A stretch of DNA of 64,000 bases. Origin: Emiliania huxleyi CCMP1516. Its lineage: Eukaryota. Below are positions 25,863-37,172 of this stretch, in pieces. The notes under the pieces were generated by a model. The model saw nothing but the letters and a program-made list of their open reading frames with translations, was not told the origin of the DNA and searched no databases. The DNA lies in contig NW_005201183.1 in assembly GCF_000372725.1 (NCBI RefSeq), positions 129,972 to 193,971 on the forward strand. The letters are read 5' to 3'. A program made the translations under genes and the position numbers. Within the stretch, counting starts at the first letter, position 1; each line of letters begins with the position of its first letter.

Positions 25863-27348
25863 GGTGCCGACAAACACTCGCACCCACGCCGGGGCTCCGG
25901 GTTCAGAGGGAGGTGGGTTCACGACCCTGGATGAAGCCGTGCTAGAGGAGGTACGGGGCATGGGGAGGGAGCAGCTAGTCCACGAATACCGCCGCCTCTG
26001 CATCACCGGGTTCCGTCTGACCACGGGCAGAGGACAAATGGCTGAGGGGCGCATTGGGGCGACGCCGACTCGCGTTATTATGCTTGAGACACTTGCAGGC
26101 ATCGTCCGACGGCGCCACCGGAACGCCCTCCTCGCGCCGGAAGACACACCGGACGTGCGAGTTGACACGATCTACAACGAGGCGCGCCGAGCCCTAATCC
26201 GGACTTACGCCCACACCCGCCGCCGAGCTCTCGACGAGGAGAAGGCGATTCGCCTCCGAATCCCGGGCTGGCAGCCGTCGCCAGGGGAGGGGCCTGTTGC
26301 GGAGTGGGAGACGGAGTGGCTCGCCTCAGGATTCTTTTCCAGCGAAGGTGAGTGCGAGCTCCCCGAGAAGCTCGAATCTGTCCGAGGGGTGGCGGCAAAC
26401 GGCTGCGCGGTGAGCACAGTCGCACTCCTCTGTGTAGCGCCTCAGGGTGAAGGGGGGGCATGCCGGGTCAAGCTGAGACTAATGGTCGAGGCACCAGGGG
26501 TCGTTCTTCGCCCACAGCAGCAACTGGCAGAGCAGGCGCAACGACGCCCGCCCGACTGGGTGGCATACACAGACGGGTCGGAAGACCTAGGGAAAGCAGG
26601 ATGGGCCTATACAGTACTCATCGGGGGCGACGCAATCGGCGATAGGGGCGCGTCGCTGGCGAGCGAGGGCTACGGGCCAGTTGTCACTTCGGCGGCGCAC
26701 CCAGCCTACCTCGGCGCGCGAAGGCAGACCAACAACACGGCGGAACTAACCGCCCTAGCCGAGCTCCTCCGGGCTCTCCTGTCCTCGTCACCGCAACGAG
26801 CGGGCTCACGCGGAGTAGTGCGGACCGACAGCGAGTACGCGGCGGCGTGCATGATGGGGAGGGTGACCCCCAAAACGAACAGACAGCTAGCGGAGCGCCT
26901 TCGTTCCCTCTGGCGACGCCTTCGCGCCAAACACACCGTGACGTGGAGGCATGTGGCGGGTCACAGCGGCAACAAATGGAACGACTACGTCGACGAGCTA
27001 GCTGCTCGCGGCAGGCAAGGTGACAGAGGCTCAAACGCTGCCGAGTGGGCGGACAACACCATCCCGACGGACACTCCCGACGAGGGGAGCGACACGGAAG
27101 GACCCGCCCCCGCCCCTCGGGGCGGGGGCCCCCGCCCCCCCGGGGGGCCCTTTGGGGCCCCTCCTATCCAGGGGGCGACCCCTCCGGGGAGGCCGGCCTT
27201 CCCCGTGCCGGTCCTCCCCAACCAACCCCGCCGGCAGCGCGAGCTGCCGGCCATATTGAGCGGTTCAACCGCGTCGCGCACTCGTCCCAACCGAGGGCCG
27301 CAGACTCGTTCTGCGCGCCAACGGCTGGTGACACTGTGTTGCCCTTGA
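25846..27348 (+). mobile_element. Retroelement remnant encoding RNase H (domain ~26557-27012)
   Basis: YTDGS, TNNTAELTA, TDSEY and HVAGHSGNKWNDYVDELA supply the D-E-D-(H)-D catalytic set. Intronless, no reverse transcriptase seen, followed by dispersed repeat F. Confidence 0.8.
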
Positions 27349-27430
27349 GCTAGTCCTTCCCCGGTCGCCTAGCCTCTGCGCTGTCTGGCGGACGCCTGTA
27401 TGCCATGCACGCGGACCACGCTTGCGTGGA

Positions 27431-27620
27431 TACGTGGCTGGCAGGCAGACCCGTGTGCGGGGTAACCCGCGCACGGGGAAGCTTCACGGGTTCGAGCCGT
27501 CAAACATTGAGCAGCGGAGGTGTGCCGAGGGGGACCGGGAGGCGGTAAGCCGTCGTCGCCCGGCGCTGCATGCAGCACCGTGGCGATGGCGCTAAGAGGT
27601 TCCTCTTTTCCGCGCCCCCC
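27431..27620 (+). repeat. Dispersed structured repeat F; inverted copy at 41069-41265
   Basis: GGGGTAACCCGCGCACGGGGAAGCTTCACGGGTTCGAG..GCTAAGAGGTTCCTCTTTTCCGC matches the reverse complement at 41 kb. Confidence 0.85.
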
Positions 27621-28139
27621 CCGAAAGGCGCGCGATACAAACACGTAAACGCACAACCCCGGGCCCCGAAATCGCACAGTGATGACAGTGACATGCAACA
27701 CGGGGTCCCAGGGAAGGCGAGCAAAAACCTTATCGCGCGCGCTAGACGCCGACTCGGAGGCCGCACCGGTCAGGCGCGGGTTCACTGTAGTGAGCCTCGG
27801 GCTGGAGGTTGCCGAAAGAAAGAATTTTTTTCACAACACTGGGCACGGGACTGGCGCGCACTGGCACTAACATACGTACACCACGGGAGCCGCCTAAGCG
27901 ACTCCTGCGAGGGCGGCGAGGCACTTAGCTCCGTGCACCCGCCCACCCCCGCCACAGGCAAGCTCATTCACAACCTCTTCCTGCTCTGCGATTGCCGTGT
28001 GAAGAACGCCGAAGAAAGAATTTCGCATGATGCACGCGAGGCGCGGGCGACGGCTTCCTCAGAAGCCGTCGCCCTCACCACACAGGAGCAGTCACACCAC
28101 TCCCATAGATAGGATACGCACACCCTGACAATTGCGGAG

Positions 28140-28820
28140 TCACCCCAGATCAGGAAATTTCTGGTTGTACAGCCGTCCTACAAACTCCCAGTTGTGGTTG
28201 TCCTTGGAAATTTCGTTCAAAACCACGTTGAAGTGAGTGCTCCCCGGCGAAATGGCGTCGCGGACAGCGTCCTTGCTCGTGCAGGTGCTCAGCTTGTCCG
28301 TGTAGCCCAGCGTGAAGTGCTGGGACCAAGATTTGAAGCCCTCCATCTTGGCCAGCTTGTCCTGGAAAATGGAAATTGCGTCACTCTTGTAGTGGGCAAT
28401 GATGATGTTGCCTTTGCGGGGGTCTTTCACGCTCTTGTACTTGTACTCATCGCCAGCGTCGCATGACGCTGATGACAGCCACGTCAGCCCCTTCGGATTG
28501 TACATGTCCGTCCCAAACGCCGCTGCTTGGGCCACCTGTTCCTTGAGCGCGTCTTTGCCTTGCGGCGCAGAGTGTCCAACCGCCATTGTGGAATGAGCCA
28601 CGTTGTGGTCGTACCCGCTCCAGTAGAGCCAGTAATCGTTCTGCCCAGACATCCCGCTGTTCCAGTCATGCCACGGGGCTGTGATGAGGACGTCGTAGTG
28701 GGTTGTCTCGCTCGCTGCGACGCTTGTGTTCAGCGCGGGCGCAAAGGCGACGCTTGTGTTCAGCGCGGGCGCAAAGGCGCGAACTGCAATGAAGTAGGGG
28801 AGCAAGATCGTGATCTTCAT
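28140..28820 (-). CDS. Hypothetical secreted protein, intronless, with a 10-aa tandem duplication
   Basis: Signal-peptide-like MKITILLPYFIAVRA; AFAPALNTSV occurs twice (30-nt duplication); non-repetitive, protein-like composition. Confidence 0.65.
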   Translation of the reverse strand: MKITILLPYFIAVRAFAPALNTSVAFAPALNTSVAASETTHYDVLITAPWHDWNSGMSGQNDYWLYWSGYDHNVAHSTMAVGHSAPQGKDALKEQVAQAAAFGTDMYNPKGLTWLSSASCDAGDEYKYKSVKDPRKGNIIIAHYKSDAISIFQDKLAKMEGFKSWSQHFTLGYTDKLSTCTSKDAVRDAISPGSTHFNVVLNEISKDNHNWEFVGRLYNQKFPDLG

Positions 28821-29023
28821 CTTGAGGAGGGTCGAGCCGAAAGGGCACCCTCTCCGAGGACCCAATTGGGTAGCTCTTTCGACCTCGCCGGGTTCTGCTC
28901 CAAGAGCGTGCGTGTGCCTCTACTCGCCAGGGCCAATGCTGCGTTAGTGTGCAGGAAAAGAAAATCCTGCTCCTATCACCAGCTTAGAGGGGGCGTTCTT
29001 CAGGAGGGTGAGTGTTCGAGTTG

Positions 29024-29216
29024 TTGAGCACTTGAGCACTGGATAGGGTCGATTCCGCATGGTACGGGACCCCTCGATCGTCTCGCCCTCCCTCACTGTG
29101 GTGTGTTCATTGGGGAGGGTCATAACAAACACGGTACAGGATCGAGGTGCACGCTGCCGAGGCAGTGTCGTCCCCCCTCTCCCCGACGGCGATGGCGGTG
29201 TGACCGATCGAGCTAC
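29024..29216 (-). repeat. Dispersed repeat G with (CAAGTGCT)n tail; same-orientation copy at 41268-41484
   Basis: GCACTTGAGCACTGG..AGGGTCGATTCCGC.TGGTACGGGACCCCTCGATCG..GACCGATCGAGCTAC is present at both loci. Confidence 0.85.
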
Positions 29217-29262
29217 TTAGAGTTGTTCTTCAGTTAAGGTCATTCACGGGTGTCCGCGGCCA

Positions 29263-29400
29263 CTGGCTGTTCTTCACCTTTCTACCTACCTACCTTGAGA
29301 GTGGCCTGCCATGTCACAGGAAGGACTGTCGTTGCAGGAGAGTACCACCAGCCATCACTTTAGTTGGCAGTAGGTAGGTAGAAAGGTGAAGAACAGCCAG
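29263..29400. repeat. Perfect 31-bp inverted repeat (MITE-like/hairpin)
   Basis: CTGGCTGTTCTTCACCTTTCTACCTACCTAC (29263-29293) is the exact reverse complement of 29370-29400. Confidence 0.9.
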
Positions 29401-29576
29401 GCTCGGACTGGACACAGTTGGCATAGTACCCCACCTTCATCCCATGATTTCTTTTTTAGTTTCCCATAAGTAAGGTAGGTAGGTAGGTAGGTAGGTAGGT
29501 AGGTAGGGGCGGGGCAGGGGCCGGCCAGGTTGTTGCATAATTTCAGCGTGAGGTCCGCCCTAGCAAAAATAATACA

Positions 29577-31400
29577 ATGGGAAAAGAATTCTGTGCCGGA
29601 GGGGGAGACACGCTGCTTTGTTGCTTGGGAGAGCGTCTGTCTCTCGTGCATCTCCAGATGGATGGGGGGGCAGCGGTGAGGCAGTCGGGACGGCGTGTCA
29701 GCCGCTCGCAGCCCTTTTGGGCCACGGAGGGAATTGGCGACAGCGCCACCAATACTGCAGCAGCACCAGCCGAGGCCGACTCGCCAGTCAAAGCGGAAGC
29801 CGCAAAAGCCGAGCCATCTTCTGGCGCCGCGGCCGCAGTCTCGGAAGCCAGCTCGCGGCGCTCCTCGCGGCGGAGCGAGAGTCTCGACGCCCAGATGGCG
29901 TGGATCACTCTCGAGGTGGACACAAAGACCGACGAGGACGACCCGACGACCCTCCTCGGCGTGCCTGCGGCGTTCGAGGGCAGCTCCTGCTTTGCCGGCG
30001 TGCCGCCGCACGAGCGCGCCTGGTGGCGCTTCTGGGTTCCACAGGACTGGGTGCCGCCGCTCCGGGTGGAGGTCAGGCTCCCATCCGGCCTGCTCGTCAT
30101 CGCCCTGCCTCCCGCCGGCTCCGCCGGCTCGTACCTGCGCTTCTCCGCCCCCAAGAGCGAGCTCGTCTCCCAGAAAAGGGGGCCGGCCAAGCAGGACCTG
30201 CCCCGCTCGCCGGCGCGGGACCTGGCACACTGCGCGTACTGCCAGCGCACCGACTGCCAGTGCCCCGTCAAGAGCCAGCTCGGCAGGCGCCTCTCCTTCT
30301 CGCGCCGCAGCTCGGTGCGCCGCGTATGGCTCGACGACCGAGGGCGAGGCGAGCCGCCCACATCGCTCTCGCACCTAGGCCAGCACACTGACACGGCCCC
30401 TCTCCTCCATGCCCAGGCGAGTGGGCCAAGGAGCAGGCCGAGAAGAGCTTCGAGAAGGCGCTGGCCGCGACGGGCCTGCCGGCGCGCAACCCGTTCGAGA
30501 AGCAGCTCGCCGAGGAGGCGATGGCCAAGGGGAAGAGGCCGCCCACCACCTCCGGCTCTCCCCTCGCCGCCGCGCTGGCGGCACGCTCGCTGCGCGAGTG
30601 CGAGTCGCTCGCCGGACCGGCGCTCATCTCGACGCCGCTCTCGGCGGGCCCGTGCGGCGTCACCTTCCGCAGCCGCTCCGTGCCTCCGTCCGTCGAGGCG
30701 GTGACGTCCTCGAGCCAGCTCGGCGGCGTGCTCTCTCCCGGCGACGTCGTCGCCTTCATCAGCCTCGGTGGGGAGACGGAGACCGCCTGCGCCACGATGA
30801 ACGGTGTGCTGCCCTCCCTTCCCCCCCCCCCCCACCTCTCCCTTTCGACTCCGTGGCTTTCCCTCGACCCTAGCACACATGCTGCATGCACATGCAGCAT
30901 GTGCACATGCATACACCGTCTTACCGCAGGCGAAGACCTCGCCGCCGCCTTGCGGGCGCACGCGGAGAGCGGTGACCGAACCCTCCACTGGATCGCGGGC
31001 GGGTGCGTGCCTCCTGCCTCTCGCCGCATTATGCCAACTATGGTCTATGCCTCCCTCGAAGTCACGCATGGCCCCACTCACACACCGCAGGCGTGTCGCC
31101 GAGCTGCTGGCTTCCGTCGCCGAGCACGAGGTGCGCGACTCCGAGAGATGCTCACACGCCTCTCGATTTGCTCCCAGCTGCACACCACCCCTCCCGCCCC
31201 GGGGCCAACCCCGAACCGTGTTTAGGCGTCTTTGGTGACCGACATGGCGGCGCCCAGCTGGGAGGCGCCCGAAGGCGGGAGCGAGCCGACCACTCGGGTG
31301 CCAAACCTCACGCTCCAGTGGTCACGAGGGCGCCTCCTCTGTCACCTCTGAGCTGCTGGCTGTGTGTGGGAGCAGGTGGTGCTGCCCAGCGGGAAGAAGG
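29577..31400 (+). CDS. Hypothetical multi-exon protein
   Basis: Coding-like segments (AWITLEVDTKTDED.., CAYCQRTDCQC, LSPGDVVAFISL). No family recognised; boundaries uncertain. Confidence 0.3.
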
Positions 31401-32754
31401 CGACCCCCAACCATCTGCAACTCGCCCGCATCGGCGCCTTCGGGGGATGGCCGTCGGAGCGCGGGTGATGCCTGCGAGGCGCGGGTGTGCAGTCTCGCTT
31501 TGGATAGATAGATAGAAACCTTGGCGAAACGCCGAATTTCTACGTGGTGGACCTGTACCTGCTTTTGTTCCTGTAATGTGTAAAGAAAAAAGAAAAAGAA
31601 AAAGCACACTGAGATGTGAGAAGAAGAGGAAGGGATGGGGGACGGCATAGCGCATACACGCCGCCACCTCACATGGAACTGTTCGCGGCGCACACAGATG
31701 GGATAACTGTTCGCGGCATACAGACCGCAGACCCGTGGACCCAGAGGGGGAACACTTCTTACCGCCACCGCTATCTTGTCGCGGGTACCTCACGCGAGCG
31801 AGCCGTCGGGTAGCATCACGCCGGATCCTTGTGCCAAATCACTGACCCTCCGCCCTGTTTCAAGTGGGCAGGAACAGGACCTGCATCCGACGAATCGACG
31901 GTTTCTCTGGTAGGACGGGAACGAGATGCTAGTAGGAGTAGAAGGAAGCAAAGAGGAGAAGCCCCTCCCACCCGTGCTTGTTCACAGAAAAACTGCGGCC
32001 GCCAGCGACTGAGCGTCTCGCTGGCGGACGGGGAGAGGAACACAAAGGGACGTACGGTACGGACGTCCACCCACTGGGATGAGAGTACTGGAGAGATGAG
32101 GTCGAATCTGCTGATTCAACAGCGGGAGGTCGTCTGCACTGCTACGCATATGTAGTCGCCAGAATGCACGATCGGCCATGTTATGTAAATACGCGCCCGC
32201 GATCCATAGTACGTCGGCCAGACGTCGCGCGTGTTTCGGTGTCGTGCCCGAGCCAAGTGGCGCCTGAGGGAGCTACAAATGTCTTGCGTATATTACGAAT
32301 CTGTCTTCTGCATCCACCTTCGGCCGATCGGGGTGTGCCTCTCAAGGCGCGCTACGCACCACGTATTACGCACACACACGCATTCCGGATTCGAGTGAGA
32401 AGTGGCGGCCGGCGGGGGTTACGCCTCACGCATTACGCATACGCTTGATGCATTCGCACGCCCAAGGTGTGTGTGGGAGCGAGCCTACGCACCACGTATT
32501 ACGCACACGCATTCCGGATTCTAGACTGGCGAAGATTTGCAGTGCTCGTGTAGAATGAAGCACGAGCTAGCAGGATTGGTCGCAGCTGCGAGAGGGAGAG
32601 CTCGAAAAAGAATTTTACAACAAGCTCCCTCTCAGGAGGGATTTTAAAATACACCGGTTGTGCGCGTTGTCCCGCCTCGCTGTCGCGGCGGAGCAGCCTT
32701 TCCCTCCACTGGCCGCCGTCGTTGCGTCGCCTGGGCTTTGTGCCGTGCCCGACG

Positions 32755-33840
32755 ATGAGCGCACCGGCAGTCGTCGCAGCCGCCGCTGGCTACGTCGCCG
32801 TGTGCTTGGCTGCGTGGCTCCTCGGACGGTCTGGCGCGGGCCCGCCTCCAAAGCGCACGGTGGAGATCGCGCGCGGTGTGCACATGCCGCTGCTCGCCAA
32901 TGGCGTCGACACGGACCACCACGTATGGCTCGAGGCTGGTGGACGGCACCTCGACACGGCCTTTTTGTACGGAGACTGGAAGCAGCGCGCGGTCGGTGCC
33001 GCGATCGCGTCCAGCGGCCTGCCGCGTGGCGACGTCTTCCTCACGACCAAGGTGATGTGCTGCCCGACGCTGCGCTGCGGTGGCGTGTGCGAGGGCGGTA
33101 CCACCGCTCCCGTCGCCGTGAACGCCGCGACGTACCGCAACGTGACTGCCCAGCTCGAGCACAGCCTCTCCGTGCTCGGCCTGCCTTCGGTCGACCTGCT
33201 GCTCCTCCACTTTCCAAACGCCTCCTAGACACCTCCTAGACACCTCCTAGTCACTTCCTAGGTCGACCTGCTGCTCCTCCACTTCCCGTGCGCGCGCTGG
33301 GCTGACACGGCCGCGGCGTGGCGCGCGCTCGAGAGGGCGCACGCCGCCGGCCACGCGCGCGCGATCGGTGTGTCAAACTTCAACGCCAGCCTGCTCCGCC
33401 GTCTCGTCAAGATCGCCGCCATCCAGCCGGCCGTCAACCAAGTCGGCTTCTCGATCGCGGGCCACCCGGCGGAGCACGGCGGCGAGAATGCGACCCGCTA
33501 CGGCTGCCTCGAGGGCTCGCGTCTGTACGGCGCGGACGACGCCACGCTCCGCCTCGCCACCGCGCGTGGCATCACGACACAGGCCTACTCCCCGCTCGGG
33601 GCGATTAGCAATGTCGACGTGCTCGGCCGGCGGGAGGTGCAGAGGGTGGCGGCTGCGCACAGCCGCGAGGGCGGCGCGCGCAACTGGACGGCGGCGCAGG
33701 TCGCCTTTGCGTGGTTGCTGCAGCAGGGTATGGGCGCCGTGACTGCGACGACCGACGCGAGACACGCGGCAGAGGCGCTCGATGCGGCGGAGCTCCGCCT
33801 CACGCGCAGGGAAATGAGGTCCCTCAGCAGGCTCAGGTAA
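32755..33840 (+). CDS. Aldo/keto reductase, one inferred intron (33190-33261)
   Basis: GGRHLDTAFLYG, DVFLTTK, LGLPSVDLLLLHFP, RAIGVSNF, PAVNQV, TQAYSPLG and AAQVAFAWLLQQG. Confidence 0.9.
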
Positions 33841-34129
33841 GTCCTCGCTTCGCGGTGTGGCTGGGGCAAGTGTGCGACCTGTCTAGCCGCGCGCGGAGCC
33901 AATGTCATCAAAAATTTGTATGTTACGTTTTTTACTCTGGAGACCAACGCGAAACAAAAGTCATGCAGTAAAAAATCTCTCTCTGTCGCGCTCTTCTAAG
34001 CCAAGGCGCAAAGCTGTGTGATGTCTGATGTCTGGAGGCTGCCAGATTTGTACTCCAAATCTGATATGGCCTAATCTGCGTATGAAGGTATGATGTGGCT
34101 CAACGTGGTGACTGGTGGTGGTGTCTCAG

Positions 34130-34954
34130 TCACCCCAGCACGGTGAGGTCCTCCTTCCACTGCTTACTAACTTTCTTCACGAGCTTCATGTCGCTGTAGT
34201 GCGACGGCGGGTGGCGCGCGTACAACGCCGAGATTGCAAGCGGCAGCACGAGCGACGCGAGCAAGTTCATGGCGATGGTCGTCGGCGTCTCGGGAAAGCC
34301 GGCGCGTAGGACCAAGTTGATGCCGACACCGAAGGCCAAAATGTGGAAGACGAGGCCGTAGACCAGGCAGAGCTTTGGGCGCTGCGAGTGGAAGATAATG
34401 TACAAGCCGAGCGGCACCATGACCGCAGATTGCACGCTCCCTGGGTTGTAGCTTCCGCTCAGCACTACTTGCAGCAGGTGGCCACCGAAGCCATTCACGA
34501 CAGCGGTGCCCCAGTTGAGCGTGCTCGCAAAGAGAAAGCGGTCCGCGTCAATCGTCGCAGCAATCATGCAGCCGCCAAACCCACCCCAGATTGCGACAGT
34601 GTTCACCCACAGCGTCAGCTTTGGGTCGAGAGGGCAGTTGACATCGCCGCCGTTGCACGCCGCGCCGAAGAGCGTCGAACCAGTACCCTGGTTCATGGCC
34701 GGGACAAAGGCGTAGCGCCACCCACGCACGTCGTATGCGTGCTCCTCGCTCTGATGGAGGCAGTACATGGCAACCGCGAGCCACCCGAACCAGTGCGGGC
34801 CATGTGAGTGAAAGCGAGCCGCGAGGGCGCCGAAGCCAAAGAGCGCGAACGCCCACGAGAAGAACATCCAGTTGGCCTCGAGCCATGACGTTGCCGTGCC
34901 GTCGAGGTTGCCTGCAGCCAGCACCGAGGGCCCGCTAGCCGCGACGGGGGCCAT
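34130..34954 (-). CDS. HXXEE-domain membrane protein
   Basis: LHQSEEH motif and roughly seven hydrophobic segments; YNPGSVQSAV resembles the family YxPG motif. Confidence 0.75.
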   Translation of the reverse strand: MAPVAASGPSVLAAGNLDGTATSWLEANWMFFSWAFALFGFGALAARFHSHGPHWFGWLAVAMYCLHQSEEHAYDVRGWRYAFVPAMNQGTGSTLFGAACNGGDVNCPLDPKLTLWVNTVAIWGGFGGCMIAATIDADRFLFASTLNWGTAVVNGFGGHLLQVVLSGSYNPGSVQSAVMVPLGLYIIFHSQRPKLCLVYGLVFHILAFGVGINLVLRAGFPETPTTIAMNLLASLVLPLAISALYARHPPSHYSDMKLVKKVSKQWKEDLTVLG

Positions 34955-36881
34955 CGCCGATGTTGCTCCGATCGGCCGATGTGAAGAGGGAAATAACGTG
35001 GGGGCCCTCAGCGGAGCTGGGAAGAGGACCGCCGCAAGCGGCGTGGCGTGGAGCGGTTGTGCATCCCTCCGGGGGCCCCTCTGCGCCGGGGAGGCGTTGT
35101 TGGAGGCTAGGACGCAAGCGTCCGTCGCCCTTTTTCAAACTCGGGGCCCACTCCGCTACGCTCCGACCCGAATTTGGAGGGCCTGAAAGTTTAAGGTGTT
35201 GCTGCGCAAAAGGGGTCGGACACAGGGCGCAGCTCATGCTAAGGGGAGATGGAGAGAACAACCACCCTGTCCCATTATTGCGTACACCAACAAACACCAC
35301 AAAGCTCTCTCTCTCCTGCTCCTCACACTCAGGGGGCGGTCACGACTCCGAGTCCTGCCACGTTCAAAACCAGGACGGCGACAGTGATGGTGCTATCACG
35401 GGCATGGTCAGGGGAAAGTGGAGCGGGGGGGGCGAGCGTCAGCCAGCCAGGTGATAGTAGAGCAGGCGCTTTGTGGGTGGCGGTGGGCGGCGGCGCTGAG
35501 CAGGCGCTTTGTGGGTGGCGGTGGGCGGCGGCGCTGGGTGGCCGGCCGAATCGTTAGCTGAGCTCCTCCCTCAAGCTCGATCACGCATGACGCACGTAAC
35601 CTGACAACGTCGGCGAGCTTCTGGATCAGGTTAGGTTGCTGGAGCACCTCCAACTCCTCCTCTGAGTCAGACACGCCAACGTCGACGACTGCGCCCTCCT
35701 CCTCCTCCTCCGATTCGCCGACTGCACCCTCCTCCTCCATGGGCTCGATCCGATTCCGCAGCGTGTCGTCCTCAGCGGCGGTGCTGCGCGGGAGGCGGCC
35801 GCGGGCACGCTGGGCTCGATCAGCGGCTTTCCCTCAGTTGCTCCGAAAGCACGGATTTGGCGGCCGTTCCTGGCTTCAATTTTACGGAATCTTGGCACCA
35901 GCAGAAGGCTTGCCCGGCGCACATCACGCAGTTCGTGCACGGTATACGGATTTTGCTATTTGTTCGTGTGGGGGTATATTGCAGATTTGTCAATGGTACC
36001 GCGTCTGCGACGCGGGCGCCTTGCGGGCAGAGCCCTTAGCCACCCTTTATATCTTGCGCGGTCAAAAAGTTGAGCGACTTATTATTAGTGTTCCCCGGGC
36101 CACTTTCGGGGGGCAAACCCTGCCCGGCCCCTAGAAGTAGAACCCCAGGTAAGGCCCAGGTGTGGCCTAGGGCATCAGAAGCGACCAAGAGGAGTCCAGT
36201 CTGAGCCATAGAGCCCATGTCTTTGCCCCCGAAGGTCGCGTTCAAATGCCCGGAACGGACGTTACAGTGGTGTCCGGCTGGCGCGATCACCGAGCTGTGA
36301 CGCTCAGGGAAGCCAGATGAGGTACTGGTTTCTTTGCCCAGGGCTGGCCTTCCCCCCAGGCTGGATCAGCTGAGCAAGGTTTGGGGAGAATCCTATATTG
36401 GGATCTTCAGATATTTTGACGGATGGCCAAAATCACCCCGTTTTTGCCGACCGTCGGGAGGAGTTCGATGGGTGCCAGGAGGATCCAGAGAGCGATGAAG
36501 GCGCAAATTGCGCCGCCGAAAGTGGCCGTAGAGGCCAGGCCGTGCGCGTGGGCCGGTCGGGCCCGTCGGCCGAGCGGTGCGAACGGCCGGTCGCCCGCTT
36601 CGGGTTGGACCCGCCGGGCGGTCCGGCGGCGGATTGCATGGCCGGGCGGGCCTCCGGGAGGCAGGCGGGGCCGCGACGGGCGGTAGGCAGAAAATCCCAT
36701 TCGGTGAGCGTGTAGCGCGACCCGGTTCCTACTTTCAATGATAGGTAGGTAAGGTAAGGTAAACTTCTCCACACACACGAGGTGGTGGGGCAAGGGGGGG
36801 CAACCCTCGCGTATATCTCCACGTCTAACGACAGGAGCCCCACGGCATTCAAAGTGCAAGGCCCGTTGCGCGTGGGTGAGC

Positions 36882-36963
<82 letters not shown>

Positions 36964-37172
36964 TGTGTGTGTGTGTCAATGATAGGGATAAGGGATTGAT
37001 GTCAGGCCAAGAATTTCATCGCACGCCGCTCTCTCCGCATGCTAGCGCACGGGTATCATGATGACAAAGATATCAGCTTTTAGAGAGTGAAGCAAGAGAC
37101 AGTCTGCCCAGTGGGTGACTCGGCCAGCCGAATGAAAGACTACTCGCCCTCCTCTGCTGCCCTCTAGCATTC

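Noticed and set aside
27480..27510. tRNA gene (GGTTCGAG)
   Set aside because: No cloverleaf or acceptor stem can be built.
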